The notes under the pieces are model-generated. The model was given only the letters and a program-made list of their open reading frames with translations. It was not told where the DNA came from and searched no databases. The position numbers and the translations under genes are program-made. This document shows, one piece after another, positions 31,757-42,435 of a DNA stretch of 64,000 nt; the stretch's first letter is position 1; every line of letters begins with the position of its first letter. Source of the DNA: Calditrichia bacterium (GTDB lineage: Bacteria > Calditrichota > Calditrichia > JAJRVZ01). The DNA lies in the NCBI GenBank assembly GCA_963777955.1, contig CAVZSQ010000003.1, forward strand, positions 64,001-128,000, in the 5' to 3' direction.

Positions 31757-34700
31757 TCAGACCGCCGGCAGGATTATCTCGAACTCACAAAATTTATCCT
31801 TGTTAAACGAAACACGGATTTCACCCTGATGTTCCTGAATGCGGTGTCTGACCCCATCCATACCTACACCCCGGCCGGCGACCATATCGACTTTGTCGGA
31901 AGTAGTGATGCCTGAGGCGAAGATCAATTCAGCTATTTGCTGATCATTCCAGTTATTAATTTCTTCGTCCTGCCATTTTCCGCTTTGAATGGCTTTTTGT
32001 CTTAATTTTTCCAACTGCAAACCACGGCCGTCATCCCGCAGACGAAATCCGATGCTGCCGTTTCGTTTAAAGGTTGAAATCTCTATTTTCCCATAAGGCG
32101 ATTTCTTAATTCGCTTACGTTCTGCGGGGAGTTCAATACCATGCGAAATAGAATTCCGCACCAGTTGAATCAGTACTTCTTTGACTAACAAATGGTATTT
32201 ATCCGGAATTATGCGGCCATTAAATTTACTGTATTGGAATTTTATTTTCTTACCCAGATCGCTGCTGAAACTGTTGATCAAGTTCTCCAGGGATTGTAAC
32301 ATGGAACGGGTGTCGGTTTTTTTCCTGCCCCCTTTATGCGTGGTCAACTGGCCCATTTTGCCAATGACACTTTCCATCTCTTCCATACCGGTTTGCAACT
32401 CGTGCAGTTTTTCACGGAGTGGTCGTAGATCTTTTTCACTAAGAGCGGATTTTTTCTGTAATTCGCTGATGATGTTCTCAAACTGATGTGCCTGCTCGGC
32501 AAAGTAATCAATATTTAATAATTTGGCATTGCCTTTAATCAGGTGTATGGAGCGGAAAATCTTTACCAGTATCTTTTGCACATCTTCTATTTCCAGTTGG
32601 CTCATACTGCTGTCAATAAAGTCCAACTCTCTTTTGGCGCTTTCATTAAAATCCCTCAACATATCCGGCTCGACATCCAGGATTCCAAGGATCAGTTGCA
32701 TCAGCCTCTCTCTTCTGGCTTCCTCTTTCTTTAATTGCATGGCCAGTAAGATCGGTTCGGTGACATCCCGGACCGTGGTAATCAATTCAATAGTTTGCTG
32801 TTCATCGGATTTGATCCGCCTGAAATTAAAATTTAGATATTTAGTGCTTTTAGCTGCAGCAGATACCTTGCCGGGGGAAGCCTGACTAAGAACAAATTCC
32901 TGGTCAATCAATGGATTTAAATCTACGATGGATTCCTCATTGACGCTGTCATCAAAGAGAAGTTTCAGGAACATATTGGTATTATTCACTTCTTCGGCGG
33001 AAAGACAGGTGGCCAGAAAATCCAGCAGATTCAAATGAGCCAGGTTTTTTCTGCAAAAAATAGATTCCAGGGCAGAGGAATATTGCGATGCTATGATATA
33101 ATTCTGATCTATTAGAAAAAATCCCTCTTCCACGTTATGCAGAATATTATCGGTCTCATTTTTGGCAATGGCCAGATCGCTGTTCGATTTTTCTAATTCA
33201 GTGGCTTTTTCACTTAACTGATGGGTACGCTCTTCAACTTTAATTTCCAGTTCACGCCGGTGCGCTTCTATGTTTTTTACCCGAATCTTAAAAATCGTAT
33301 AAATCAAAACCAGAATCAGTACGAGCACCAGGCTTTGAAACCACCATAACTGCCAGAAGGGGGGTGTGATAATAATGTGGATGGAAGTTCCTTCTTCATT
33401 CCAGATTTTATCGTTATTGGAGGCTTTGACCCGGAAGGTATAATCGCCGCCCGGCAAATTTGTGTACGTAGCGAAGCGCCGGCTGGCATTGGTAAAAATC
33501 CACTCCTTATCAAATCCTTCCATCATATAGGCATACAGGTTGTCCTGGGATGAAGCATAACTGAGAGCGGCAAATTCAAATGAGAAGACATTATCCTGGT
33601 AAGAAAGTTTGATTTCCTTGCATTCGGATATTGACCGGGTGAGCAGTGCGCGCCCGCCGAATTTCTCATCGATGTAGACCGGTTTGTTATAGATCATAAA
33701 ATTTGTAATAACCACTCCGGGGATATCGGGATTATTGCTGATGCTATCCGGGAAAAAAATGTTAAATCCGTTAATTCCCCCAAAAACCAACTCACCGCTG
33801 GCCAGTTTGCAGCAGGTATTCACTCCAAATTCGTTACTCTGCAGACCGTCGCTTTCGAGATAGTTCCGGCAGATCAAGGTCCGTGGATCAAATTTAGACA
33901 GTCCTTTATTGGAACTTATCCAAAGATTTCCCTGATCATCATTTATAAGTGCTTGAACAGAGTTGCTGGGCAGGCCATCTCTTTCACCGTAATGGCGGAA
34001 GGATTCAGTTTCGGGACTCCATTTATTCAATCCATTTTGACTTCCTAACCAGATCACTCCGGTATCGTCCTGATAAATGCAGATAATTTTATCAGAACTA
34101 AGTGCTGTGGAATCATTCGGCTTATAATTATAGTGAGTAAAAATTCCGGTTTGCGGATCCAGTCGGTTTAATCCACCGGTATTGGTACCGATCCAAAACT
34201 GGCCAGTGTTGTCTTCCCTGATCGACCAGACAAAACCATCGCTGAGTCCGGCCGAGTCGGCGCTGTTATGCATATAGCGAACGAACTTTCCGGTCTGCTG
34301 GTCAAAGCGATTCAATCCGTCCATGGAACAGATCCACAGATTTCCAAGCCGGTCTTTAAAAATATTAAAAATGGTATGATTACTCAAACTTTGCGGATCA
34401 TTGGCAACGGGTAAATACCTGGTAAACTGATTGGAGTTAGCATCAAAAGAGTTCAAACCGGCGTCGGTGCCAACCCAGATTTTACCGGTATTGTCCGCAC
34501 AGATACTGCGCACTACATTATTACTCAAACTGTGCGGATCCCTGGGACTAAACGTGTATTGAGTGTAGGTATTTGTCTTCCGGTTGAAACGATTCAAACC
34601 GCCGCCATTGGTGCCCAGCCAGATAAATCCTGAACTGTCCTCATGTATTGCTAAAATGGAACTGTTGTTCAAACTTCTGGCATCCCCCGGCTGGCCTTTA

Positions 34701-35800
34701 TAATGAGCAAATTTTCTACGGTCGGGATTGTATTTATTAATCCCGCCGAAGTTAGTACCTATCCAGATTATACCGGATCGATCTCTAAAAATAGAAAGCA
34801 AAGCATTACTGCTCAGACTGTTCGGATCATTACGATTACTTTTATAATGCAGAAAGCGGTTTTTATCTTTATCCCCGGGATTCAGAATATCGAGACCTCC
34901 ACCATCAGTGCCGACCCACAGGTTTCCATCACGGTCTTCGCAGATGGAGCGGGTCACATTATTGCTCAGGCTGTACGGATTGGCATCATCGTTTTGATAA
35001 CGGATGGCCTGATTTTTCTCAGGATCAAAAAGATTCAGTCCACCGCCCCAGCTGGCTATCCATAGATTCCCGGAGCGGTCTTCATAGAGACGCCAGATAC
35101 TGTCATGACTAAGACTTTTGGGATTCTTAGGATCATGGAGGAAATGAATAAATTCTCCTTTCTGCCGGTCGAAATAATTTAATCCACCATCGGTGCCGAT
35201 CCACAACCGACCCTGCCGGTCCTCCAGAATACATAAAACATTATTATGACTCAAACTCTGCGGATTATCCGCATCATGCAGGTAGCGGATAAATTTATTG
35301 CTTTCCTGGTCGAACTTATTCAATCCTCCGCCGTAGGTCCCAATCCACAATACCCCCTGGCGGTCTTCATAAAGTGATCGGATATAATTGGTACTTAAAC
35401 TGGTTGGATCATCGGGATCATTCCGGTAAGTCGTAAATTTTTCTTTATCCCGGTCATAACGATTCAGACCGTCTTCGGTCCCGATCCAGATGTTACCCAG
35501 ATGATCTTCGACAATACATTCGACATTGTTATTACTCAGACTGTTTGAATTGCCGGGTTCGGCCTTATATACCTTAAAATTATAACCATCATAGCGGTTT
35601 AAACCTGCATATGTTCCAAACCACATAAAATTTTTATGATCCTGATAGATACACAACACCGAACTTTGCGATAATCCTGATTCAATAGAAATTTTTTCGA
35701 ATTGAAGCTCATCGACTTGTGAATGGGATTTGGATATCAGGGCCAGAATAAAGATAATGCAGAAACCGGTCACCCGGCGCAGACTAGTTGAACTAGACAT
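31757..35800 (-). CDS. Beta-propeller (Reg_prop/Y_Y_Y) membrane sensor fused to PAS-like + HPt + CheA-type HATPase (class III-like kinase)
   Basis: Signal, about 14 propeller blades, YTNLPGGDYTFRVKASN, TM PPFWQLWWF, ILHNVEEGFF, HPt FRSIHLIKGNA..AHQFE, QLVRNSISHGIE, DDGRG, AGRGVGMD; no CheW. ATG 35800 with GGGGAG RBS (track uses TTG 35803). Confidence 0.88.
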   Translation of the reverse strand: MSSSTSLRRVTGFCIIFILALISKSHSQVDELQFEKISIESGLSQSSVLCIYQDHKNFMWFGTYAGLNRYDGYNFKVYKAEPGNSNSLSNNNVECIVEDHLGNIWIGTEDGLNRYDRDKEKFTTYRNDPDDPTSLSTNYIRSLYEDRQGVLWIGTYGGGLNKFDQESNKFIRYLHDADNPQSLSHNNVLCILEDRQGRLWIGTDGGLNYFDRQKGEFIHFLHDPKNPKSLSHDSIWRLYEDRSGNLWIASWGGGLNLFDPEKNQAIRYQNDDANPYSLSNNVTRSICEDRDGNLWVGTDGGGLDILNPGDKDKNRFLHYKSNRNDPNSLSSNALLSIFRDRSGIIWIGTNFGGINKYNPDRRKFAHYKGQPGDARSLNNSSILAIHEDSSGFIWLGTNGGGLNRFNRKTNTYTQYTFSPRDPHSLSNNVVRSICADNTGKIWVGTDAGLNSFDANSNQFTRYLPVANDPQSLSNHTIFNIFKDRLGNLWICSMDGLNRFDQQTGKFVRYMHNSADSAGLSDGFVWSIREDNTGQFWIGTNTGGLNRLDPQTGIFTHYNYKPNDSTALSSDKIICIYQDDTGVIWLGSQNGLNKWSPETESFRHYGERDGLPSNSVQALINDDQGNLWISSNKGLSKFDPRTLICRNYLESDGLQSNEFGVNTCCKLASGELVFGGINGFNIFFPDSISNNPDIPGVVITNFMIYNKPVYIDEKFGGRALLTRSISECKEIKLSYQDNVFSFEFAALSYASSQDNLYAYMMEGFDKEWIFTNASRRFATYTNLPGGDYTFRVKASNNDKIWNEEGTSIHIIITPPFWQLWWFQSLVLVLILVLIYTIFKIRVKNIEAHRRELEIKVEERTHQLSEKATELEKSNSDLAIAKNETDNILHNVEEGFFLIDQNYIIASQYSSALESIFCRKNLAHLNLLDFLATCLSAEEVNNTNMFLKLLFDDSVNEESIVDLNPLIDQEFVLSQASPGKVSAAAKSTKYLNFNFRRIKSDEQQTIELITTVRDVTEPILLAMQLKKEEARRERLMQLILGILDVEPDMLRDFNESAKRELDFIDSSMSQLEIEDVQKILVKIFRSIHLIKGNAKLLNIDYFAEQAHQFENIISELQKKSALSEKDLRPLREKLHELQTGMEEMESVIGKMGQLTTHKGGRKKTDTRSMLQSLENLINSFSSDLGKKIKFQYSKFNGRIIPDKYHLLVKEVLIQLVRNSISHGIELPAERKRIKKSPYGKIEISTFKRNGSIGFRLRDDGRGLQLEKLRQKAIQSGKWQDEEINNWNDQQIAELIFASGITTSDKVDMVAGRGVGMDGVRHRIQEHQGEIRVSFNKDKFCEFEIILPAV

Positions 35801-36114
35801 CAATTTTCTCCCCAGTCAGGTATTTTATTGATGGCGTCAGTCGGATTAGCGTGTTTTACTCATTGTCTTTTAGATACTTATCCTGCTATTATTATATCGG
35901 AATAATGAGCTAAATTCATTAACCGGAAAATGAGGTTTTATTTTTTTTATGACCGGGATAATGCAGAGCGCAATAGAAAAATCTGGACAGAACTTTGATA
36001 AAAAATCGATTCTGCTCGACTCCCGCCGTTCGAATTAGCACTTGAGAATAGTCCCTCAAACTGGTAGATTAAAATTAGCAGTTCAGGAAAGATTAGTATA
36101 GAAAGGGAATAAAA

Positions 36115-37615
36115 TTGTCATGTGTCCGGACAACGACAGTATTGATTTATAGTCTTCTGATGTCATCAGGTTTTTCTCAACAATCCACAGGTATATTCGA
36201 ACAAAGCGGCGATGTGGGTTCGGTAAAAATTCCCGGTTCCGTCAGCTATCAGGCTGATAAACAGGAATATATCATTTCCGGCTCAGGCCTGAATATGTGG
36301 GCTGAACATGATGAATTTTATATGGTCTGGAAACGGTTAAAGGGTAATTTTATTTTAAATGCGCAATGTGAATTCTTCGGTAGTGGGGTGAATGCTCATA
36401 GAAAAATGGGTTGGATCGTCCGCAGCAGCCTTGATTCAAATGCTGCTTATGCCGATCTGGCAGTTCATGGGGACGGGCTGACTTCCCTGCAATTCCGGCG
36501 GACCCGGGGTGCTGAGACGGAAGAAGTTCGATCATCCATAAACAAACCGGATGTGATTCAACTGGAAAGAAAGGAAAACTCCTACACTATGTCCGTGGCA
36601 CGATTCGGTGATGCTCTGGTCAGCACGCAAGTTTCCGACCTGGACCTGGGTGATAGTGTTTATGTGGGCCTGTTTGTGTGTGCACATGAAGAAGATGTAA
36701 TTGAAAAAGCAATCTTCGGCAATGTCCGGATTATTATACCGGCCCGGTCTGATTTTGTACCTTACCGGGATTATATTGGCAGTAATCTGGAAATACTGGA
36801 TATTGAAACCGGCAACAAAAAAATAATCTACCGCTCGCCGGAATCATGGCAGGCGCCTAACTGGACCCCCGATGGCAAATCGCTGATTTTTAACAGCAAG
36901 GGATTTTTGTACCGCTTCGATCTGGATCAAAATGAACCGGTACTGATAAATACAGATTTTGCCGCGAATAATAACAATGATCATGTAGTATCTTATGATG
37001 GCCGTATGATCGGCATCAGTCATCATGATCCGAATCATAATAACCAATCCCTGGTTTATACTTTACCCATCAAGGGTGGGATATCCAAGACAAATTACTG
37101 CTAATGGACCTTCGTACCTGCATGACTGGTCGCCTGATGGCAGGTTCCTGATATATACAGCCGAGCGGAATGGGGATTATGATATTTATAAAATTTCAAG
37201 CAAGGGGGGTAAAGAACTGCAGCTTACTGACAGCAGAGGATTGGATGACGGCTCGCAATTTACACCCGACGGCAAATATATTTATTTTAATTCTGTCCGC
37301 AGCGGATCTATGCAGATCTGGCGTATGAAGCCCGATGGCCGCGAGCAGGTACAGATTACCGCTGATGAATATAATAACTGGTTTCCCCATATATCACCGG
37401 ATGGGCAATGGATAATTTTCCTCTCCTATTCGGCGGCTGTAAATCCCGGCGACCACCCGTTTTACCAGCAGGTTTATCTCAGATTGATACCGGTAGCAGG
37501 GGGTGCACCCAGGATAATCGCTTATGTTTACGGTGGACAGGGTACCATCAATGTATCCTCCTGGTCAGCGGACAGCAAAAAAGTGGCCTTTATCAGTAAT
37601 ACAGATTATAAATAA
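36115..37615 (+). CDS. TolB-like (PD40) beta-propeller protein with N-terminal lectin-like domain (one +1 frameshift near 37081)
   Basis: [55 protein letters not shown] split across ORFs 36115 and 37025. Confidence 0.78.
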
Positions 37616-37629
37616 ATGGAGAAATTTCG

Positions 37630-38835
37630 ATGAGGTTATTTACACACGGAATTTTTTTAATGTCGGCCATTATGGTATTAACCGGCGGAATGACTATTGT
37701 CTCCGGACAGTTAAGTGCAGGTTATGATGTTCAGGTTGAGAAGATAGATGATGGTTTTCAATTTGTAGAGGGACCGGTATGGAAGGACGGAGCATTACTG
37801 TTCAGTGATATACCGGCCAATACCATCTACCGCTGGACGGCGGATTCTGGTTCGACCATTTATTATAATCCGTCGGGCAACTCCAATGGACTGGCTTTGG
37901 ACCTGGCCGGCAATTTACTCCTGGCGCAGCACGGGAAACGACAGGTAGCCAGGCTGGAAGCAGATGGTTCTGAGACAATACTGGCTGCTCTTTATGACGG
38001 CAAGAAACTGAACAGTCCCAATGACATCGCCGTAAAGTCCGACGGGGCTATTTTTTTTACCGATCCGCCTTACGGTATTAATTCCAACCAGGAAGAATTG
38101 GGTTTTTACGGAATTTACCGGTTGAGTCCATCGGGAGAATTGCAATTGCTCGATGCCACGTTAAACCGGCCCAACGGCATCGTTTTTTCGCCGGATGAAA
38201 CAAAATTATATGTCTGTGATTCTGACGCACGCCGGATTTATGTCTGGGATGTGCTGGCCGATACAGTGATCGTCAACAAACGGCAATTTGCCTATATGAG
38301 TCCGGCCGGGAATGCCGATGGCATGAAAGTTGATGCCGAGGGGCATCTTTTCGCCGCAGGTCCTTTGGGTATCTGGGTGTATGATGCCAGCGGAATCATA
38401 CTGGATACGATACTGGTACCCGGACAGACTACCAATTGTAATTGGGGGGATGCCGACGGGCAGACCTTATATATCACTTCCGGAACTGCCGTTTACCGGG
38501 TCCGCAATGTTTATACCAATACCCCCGGCCAGGATCAGGGCAATTTAAGGATAAAGTCATTTCAACTTTATGGCAATTATCCCAATCCGTTCAATCCCTC
38601 GACGCATATTGAATTTGCAATGGCCCATGCTGAAAAAATCGATCTGACGGTATTTAACATTCTGGGAAACAAAGTCAGGACGTTAATCAGCGGCACGGTA
38701 AATGCGGGATTAACGGTTCAAGAATGGAACGGTGAAGATACACAGGGCAAGCCGGTGAGCAGCGGCCTGTATTTTTGCCGGTTACAAACCGAGTCGGGTT
38801 TTAAACAGACTCAAAAAATGATTTTGATAAAATAA
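37630..38835 (+). CDS. SMP-30/gluconolactonase family protein with T9SS type A sorting domain
   Basis: FVEGPVW, FSDIP, SNGLA, NSPND, FTDPPYG, RPNGI.FSPDE, ADGMKVD; CTD NYPNPFNPST..SSGLYFCRL..KMILIK. Confidence 0.9.
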   Translation: MRLFTHGIFLMSAIMVLTGGMTIVSGQLSAGYDVQVEKIDDGFQFVEGPVWKDGALLFSDIPANTIYRWTADSGSTIYYNPSGNSNGLALDLAGNLLLAQHGKRQVARLEADGSETILAALYDGKKLNSPNDIAVKSDGAIFFTDPPYGINSNQEELGFYGIYRLSPSGELQLLDATLNRPNGIVFSPDETKLYVCDSDARRIYVWDVLADTVIVNKRQFAYMSPAGNADGMKVDAEGHLFAAGPLGIWVYDASGIILDTILVPGQTTNCNWGDADGQTLYITSGTAVYRVRNVYTNTPGQDQGNLRIKSFQLYGNYPNPFNPSTHIEFAMAHAEKIDLTVFNILGNKVRTLISGTVNAGLTVQEWNGEDTQGKPVSSGLYFCRLQTESGFKQTQKMILIK

Positions 38836-38894
38836 ATATTTGTAATCGTGATGTAACTGATAATAAATCAGATATTCTGCTAATTGCGTTTCTG

Positions 38895-39542
38895 TTATTC
38901 TTTAACCAGAATGATATTGTCGACTTTAATCAGTTTGCCTGTTTGAATACCTGTTGCCAATATATCCGCATATTCACTCTGAATATCCTGTGATAAAGCT
39001 GTCCCTTTTAGCGTATGATCAAGGGTACCATCGGCTTTCTGATCGATATAAATAGAGATATTAGCGGAACCAGATTTTTTATCTATGATTTTAAATTCAT
39101 TAAAAGGATCCGCGTTGATTGGACGGAAACTTTTTACTTCGTAGTCGCGGTACAGATTTTGCTGGTAATATTGCCGGGTCGTAGGAGTGGTCACCTGCAA
39201 TTTGTTTGTCCCGCTGAGTTTGCTGAGGCCGTAATCATAAATCTTTTGTGCATCAGAAAGATTTATTTCTCCGGTCACGATTTGATCTAAAATCCGATCC
39301 TGATCAAAATCTGCTGCTACAAAATTTTCCCCGACAAGTTCATTGTAGGAGACTTTTTGATCCGCTGAACGTATAGAACGAATACGGCATTCCTTACTTT
39401 CATAGGTGAATACATATTGTGAAATACCATGCTGTGGTTTGCTACAGCCAGAGTAATAGAATGCGATTATAAAAAAGATAAATCCGGATAAAACAGTAAA
39501 TATTCGTTTCAGGTTTTGAAGATTAAGCAGATAGTTTTTCAT
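38895..39542 (-). CDS. Hypothetical lipoprotein with two internal repeats
   Basis: GGAGGAG RBS; TM then YSGC; repeats YNE..ADFDQDRILD..G..AQ.IY and FNE..IDQKADGTLD..G..IQ.EY. Confidence 0.7.
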   Translation of the reverse strand: MKNYLLNLQNLKRIFTVLSGFIFFIIAFYYSGCSKPQHGISQYVFTYESKECRIRSIRSADQKVSYNELVGENFVAADFDQDRILDQIVTGEINLSDAQKIYDYGLSKLSGTNKLQVTTPTTRQYYQQNLYRDYEVKSFRPINADPFNEFKIIDKKSGSANISIYIDQKADGTLDHTLKGTALSQDIQSEYADILATGIQTGKLIKVDNIILVKE

Positions 39543-39945
39543 GGTTTCTCCTCCTTGGTTTTGCCCGACTGTCCATTGAAAATCCAGGTGCGAGTCGAGT
39601 CATTGCTAACATTATATTATACAATCAGATACCTTGAACTGTGAAAATCTTAAGAAAAATTTATATCTCGATAATCTGAATAAACAGGATATACGGCTAT
39701 TATTTATTGACTTAGATTATTTACGTTCGATGTAAGAATAAAGTTGCTGATCAGGAAAAATATTAATAAATCTGTTTTACCAGGTCATATCCTGAATTCG
39801 ATACCGGCTGGATAATTATTAAACTTATATCATATTTTCAAGAAATAATTCTTTGATTCACATTAAATCTTACCTTACTTTTATCAGAAAATTTGGATTT
39901 AGATTACAGGTTTTGCGCGGTCGGTAATAAACAGGAGAAGGTTCT

Positions 39946-41409
39946 ATGAGCAATGGGAATGACAGACTATCATTAAAAGAAAAAATCGGCTATGGCTTTG
40001 GCGATTTTGCCTCGGTTTTATTCTGGCAGAGCATAACGATGAATCTCATGTTTTTTTATACGGATATATTCAAAATTGCAGACACTGCCAAGGCCGCGGT
40101 AGTTGCAGGTACCATGATCATGTTCTCCCGGATATTTGATGCGGTTATTGATCCTGTTATTGGCATGGTGGCTGATCGAACAGAAACCCGCTGGGGAAAA
40201 TTCAGGCCCTATCTGATCTGGATGGCTTTACCATTGGCAATTTCAGCAGTATTTTTGTTTACTACCCCGAATTTTGGGCCAACTGGTAAAGTCGTCTACG
40301 CCTATATCACTTTATTCCTGTTTATGATCTGTTATGCTGGAATTAATATTCCGTATTCTTCTTTATTAGGGGTACTAACTCCTGATCCAGCCCAAAGAAC
40401 GGGCGCCTCCTCTTTTAAGTTTACCTTTGCCTATATCAGTGGCATGACCGTTTCGCTGACTTGTTTATTGCTGGCCAAGTATTTGGGCAATGGAGTGGAT
40501 AGCAAGGATCCCGGCGGCTGGCAGGAAACAATGATTTTATATGGAATTGTTGCTGTCATTTTTTTTATACTTACTTTTCTGTTAACCAAAGAAAGAGTAA
40601 GACCTCAAAAATCTCAAAGGACATCAGTTGGCAAAGACTTAAAGGATTTAATGACCAATAAGCCATGGATCATTCTTCTTTTTGCTACCATCACTATGAT
40701 TCTGTTTGTTGCTTCAAGAAGCGGGGTGACCAATTATTATTTTAAATACTATATCACAAATTATTCTGAAACTATCCATAATACTATTAATTATAATTTT
40801 TTGGGATGGAGTTTTAATTGGGGCTTTGAGGAAATAGCTACCATATTCAATGGCCTTGGTCAGGGCTGTGCGATCATAGGAGCCCTGCTGGTACCATTAC
40901 TGACCATGAGGATAGGTAAAAAGAACGCTTTCCTGTTATTATTCATTATTGCTTTGATCAGCACCGCTGCATTTTATTTCTTAACACCAGAAAATATAAC
41001 CCTGATTTTTCTGTTTCAGATTACGGGTTCTTTAACCGGCGGTCCTTTATCACCGGTTATCTGGGCCATGTATGCCGATACGGCTGATTATTCTGAATGG
41101 AAGAGAGGGAGAAGGGCGACCGGGTTGGTTTTTTCAGCTTCAGCAACATCGCAAAAAATTGGTTGGGCTGTCGGGGCTTTTTTTACCGGTGCACTTTTAT
41201 CCAGTTATGGTTTTATCGCCGATCAAACTCAATCCTTGGAAGTCAATCATCTATTAATAATGCTGATGAGTATTATCCCGGCAGTTTTCGGTTTGATTTC
41301 AGTTGCTTTGATTTTGTTCTACAATCTTGACGAAAAAACCATGAAAAAAATCCAGCTAGAACTGGAACAGAGGCGCATAGCCAGCGGTGATAAAATTGTA
41401 ACAGATTGA
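39946..41409 (+). CDS. Glycoside-pentoside-hexuronide (GPH/MelB-like) cation symporter
   Basis: EKIGYGFGDFA, FFYTD, RIFDAVIDP..G..ADRT.TRWGKFRPY, NIPYSSL, ADTADY.EWK.GRRATG. Confidence 0.92.
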   Translation: MSNGNDRLSLKEKIGYGFGDFASVLFWQSITMNLMFFYTDIFKIADTAKAAVVAGTMIMFSRIFDAVIDPVIGMVADRTETRWGKFRPYLIWMALPLAISAVFLFTTPNFGPTGKVVYAYITLFLFMICYAGINIPYSSLLGVLTPDPAQRTGASSFKFTFAYISGMTVSLTCLLLAKYLGNGVDSKDPGGWQETMILYGIVAVIFFILTFLLTKERVRPQKSQRTSVGKDLKDLMTNKPWIILLFATITMILFVASRSGVTNYYFKYYITNYSETIHNTINYNFLGWSFNWGFEEIATIFNGLGQGCAIIGALLVPLLTMRIGKKNAFLLLFIIALISTAAFYFLTPENITLIFLFQITGSLTGGPLSPVIWAMYADTADYSEWKRGRRATGLVFSASATSQKIGWAVGAFFTGALLSSYGFIADQTQSLEVNHLLIMLMSIIPAVFGLISVALILFYNLDEKTMKKIQLELEQRRIASGDKIVTD

Positions 41410-41462
41410 TTTGATGAAAGATTGACAGGATCGATATCAATCCTGAAAGAAAGCACGGCCTG

Positions 41463-42396
41463 ATGTCCGGACAAATAAAGCGACGCGAATTTCTGAAAAA
41501 AAGCGCTGTCTTGAGCGCCGCTACGGTACTTGGACATTCTGTGGTTCCCGGTCTCGCCTTCAGCAAGAATGCTGTTGATCTCGCTGTTGTAAAAGGACAA
41601 AACTATTTTAACACTACCCTGAAAGCAGTGGAACTATTAGGGGGTATGGCAAAATTTGTTCCGCCCAGGGCAAAAGTCAGCTATTCTGGCCAATCCTGCA
41701 GGCAATAATCCGGGTACTTTCACCAAACCGGAAATTGTTCAGGCGGTTATTCAAATGTGTAAGAGAGCAGGCGCGGATAAAATATGCTGCATCGGTTGGT
41801 TGCCGCTGATCAATTGGCAAAATACCGGACTTAAAAAGATAATCGATAGTGAGGGTGCAGAACTGGAAATCACCGCTGCAGAGGATGAGTCCCTGTTTAA
41901 ATCCGTGCCGGTGCCCCAAGGTGTGATCTTAAAAGAAGCCCGGATCATAAAAACCCTTGATCAATATGATGTATTGATCAATGTACCAATCATCAAGGAA
42001 CATTCCGGCAATAATTTTTCGGGTACCATGAAAAATCTGATGGGTCTGAATTCACCGCAATCCGACCAGACTTTTCATCGTCAGGACTGGACGCTGCTGC
42101 GAGATGATATTCAGCACCTGGATCAATGCATTGCCGATTTGAATACGGTCATCCATCCGGATCTGTGTGTGGTCGATGCTACTATTTTTCTGGCCTCGAA
42201 TGGTCCTTATGGCCCGGGGAAACTGAATAAACCGCTGAAGGTCATTGCCGGAACCGACCGGGTGGCTATTGAAACCTATTGTGCCGGCTTGTTTGGATAT
42301 CAGTCCGGGGATATAATGGTAATCAGGAAGGCACAGGAACACGGACTGGGTGAGATGGATTTAAGCAGAATAAATATCAAGGAAGTCGAAATATAA
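41463..42396 (+). CDS. Tat-exported DUF362 domain protein (one +1 frameshift near 41679)
   Basis: Twin-arginine leader KRREFLK; LLGGM.KFV..AKV[AILAN], T.PE.V..V, INVP..K.H, MKNLMG, GP.GPG, D.VA..Y. Confidence 0.8.
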
Positions 42397-42435
42397 TAGA
42401 TCTATTATTTCACAGTATTTAAAGATATTATTGGC

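Noticed and set aside
22900..35700. Recurring TGGATCGG(T/C)AC / GGATT(A/G)AA nucleotide motifs
   Set aside because: Explained by WIGT.GGLN propeller-blade coding repeats.
36030..36085. TTAGCACTT and TTAGCAGTT, CIRCE-like half sites
   Set aside because: No inverted partner at the right spacing and no chaperone gene downstream.
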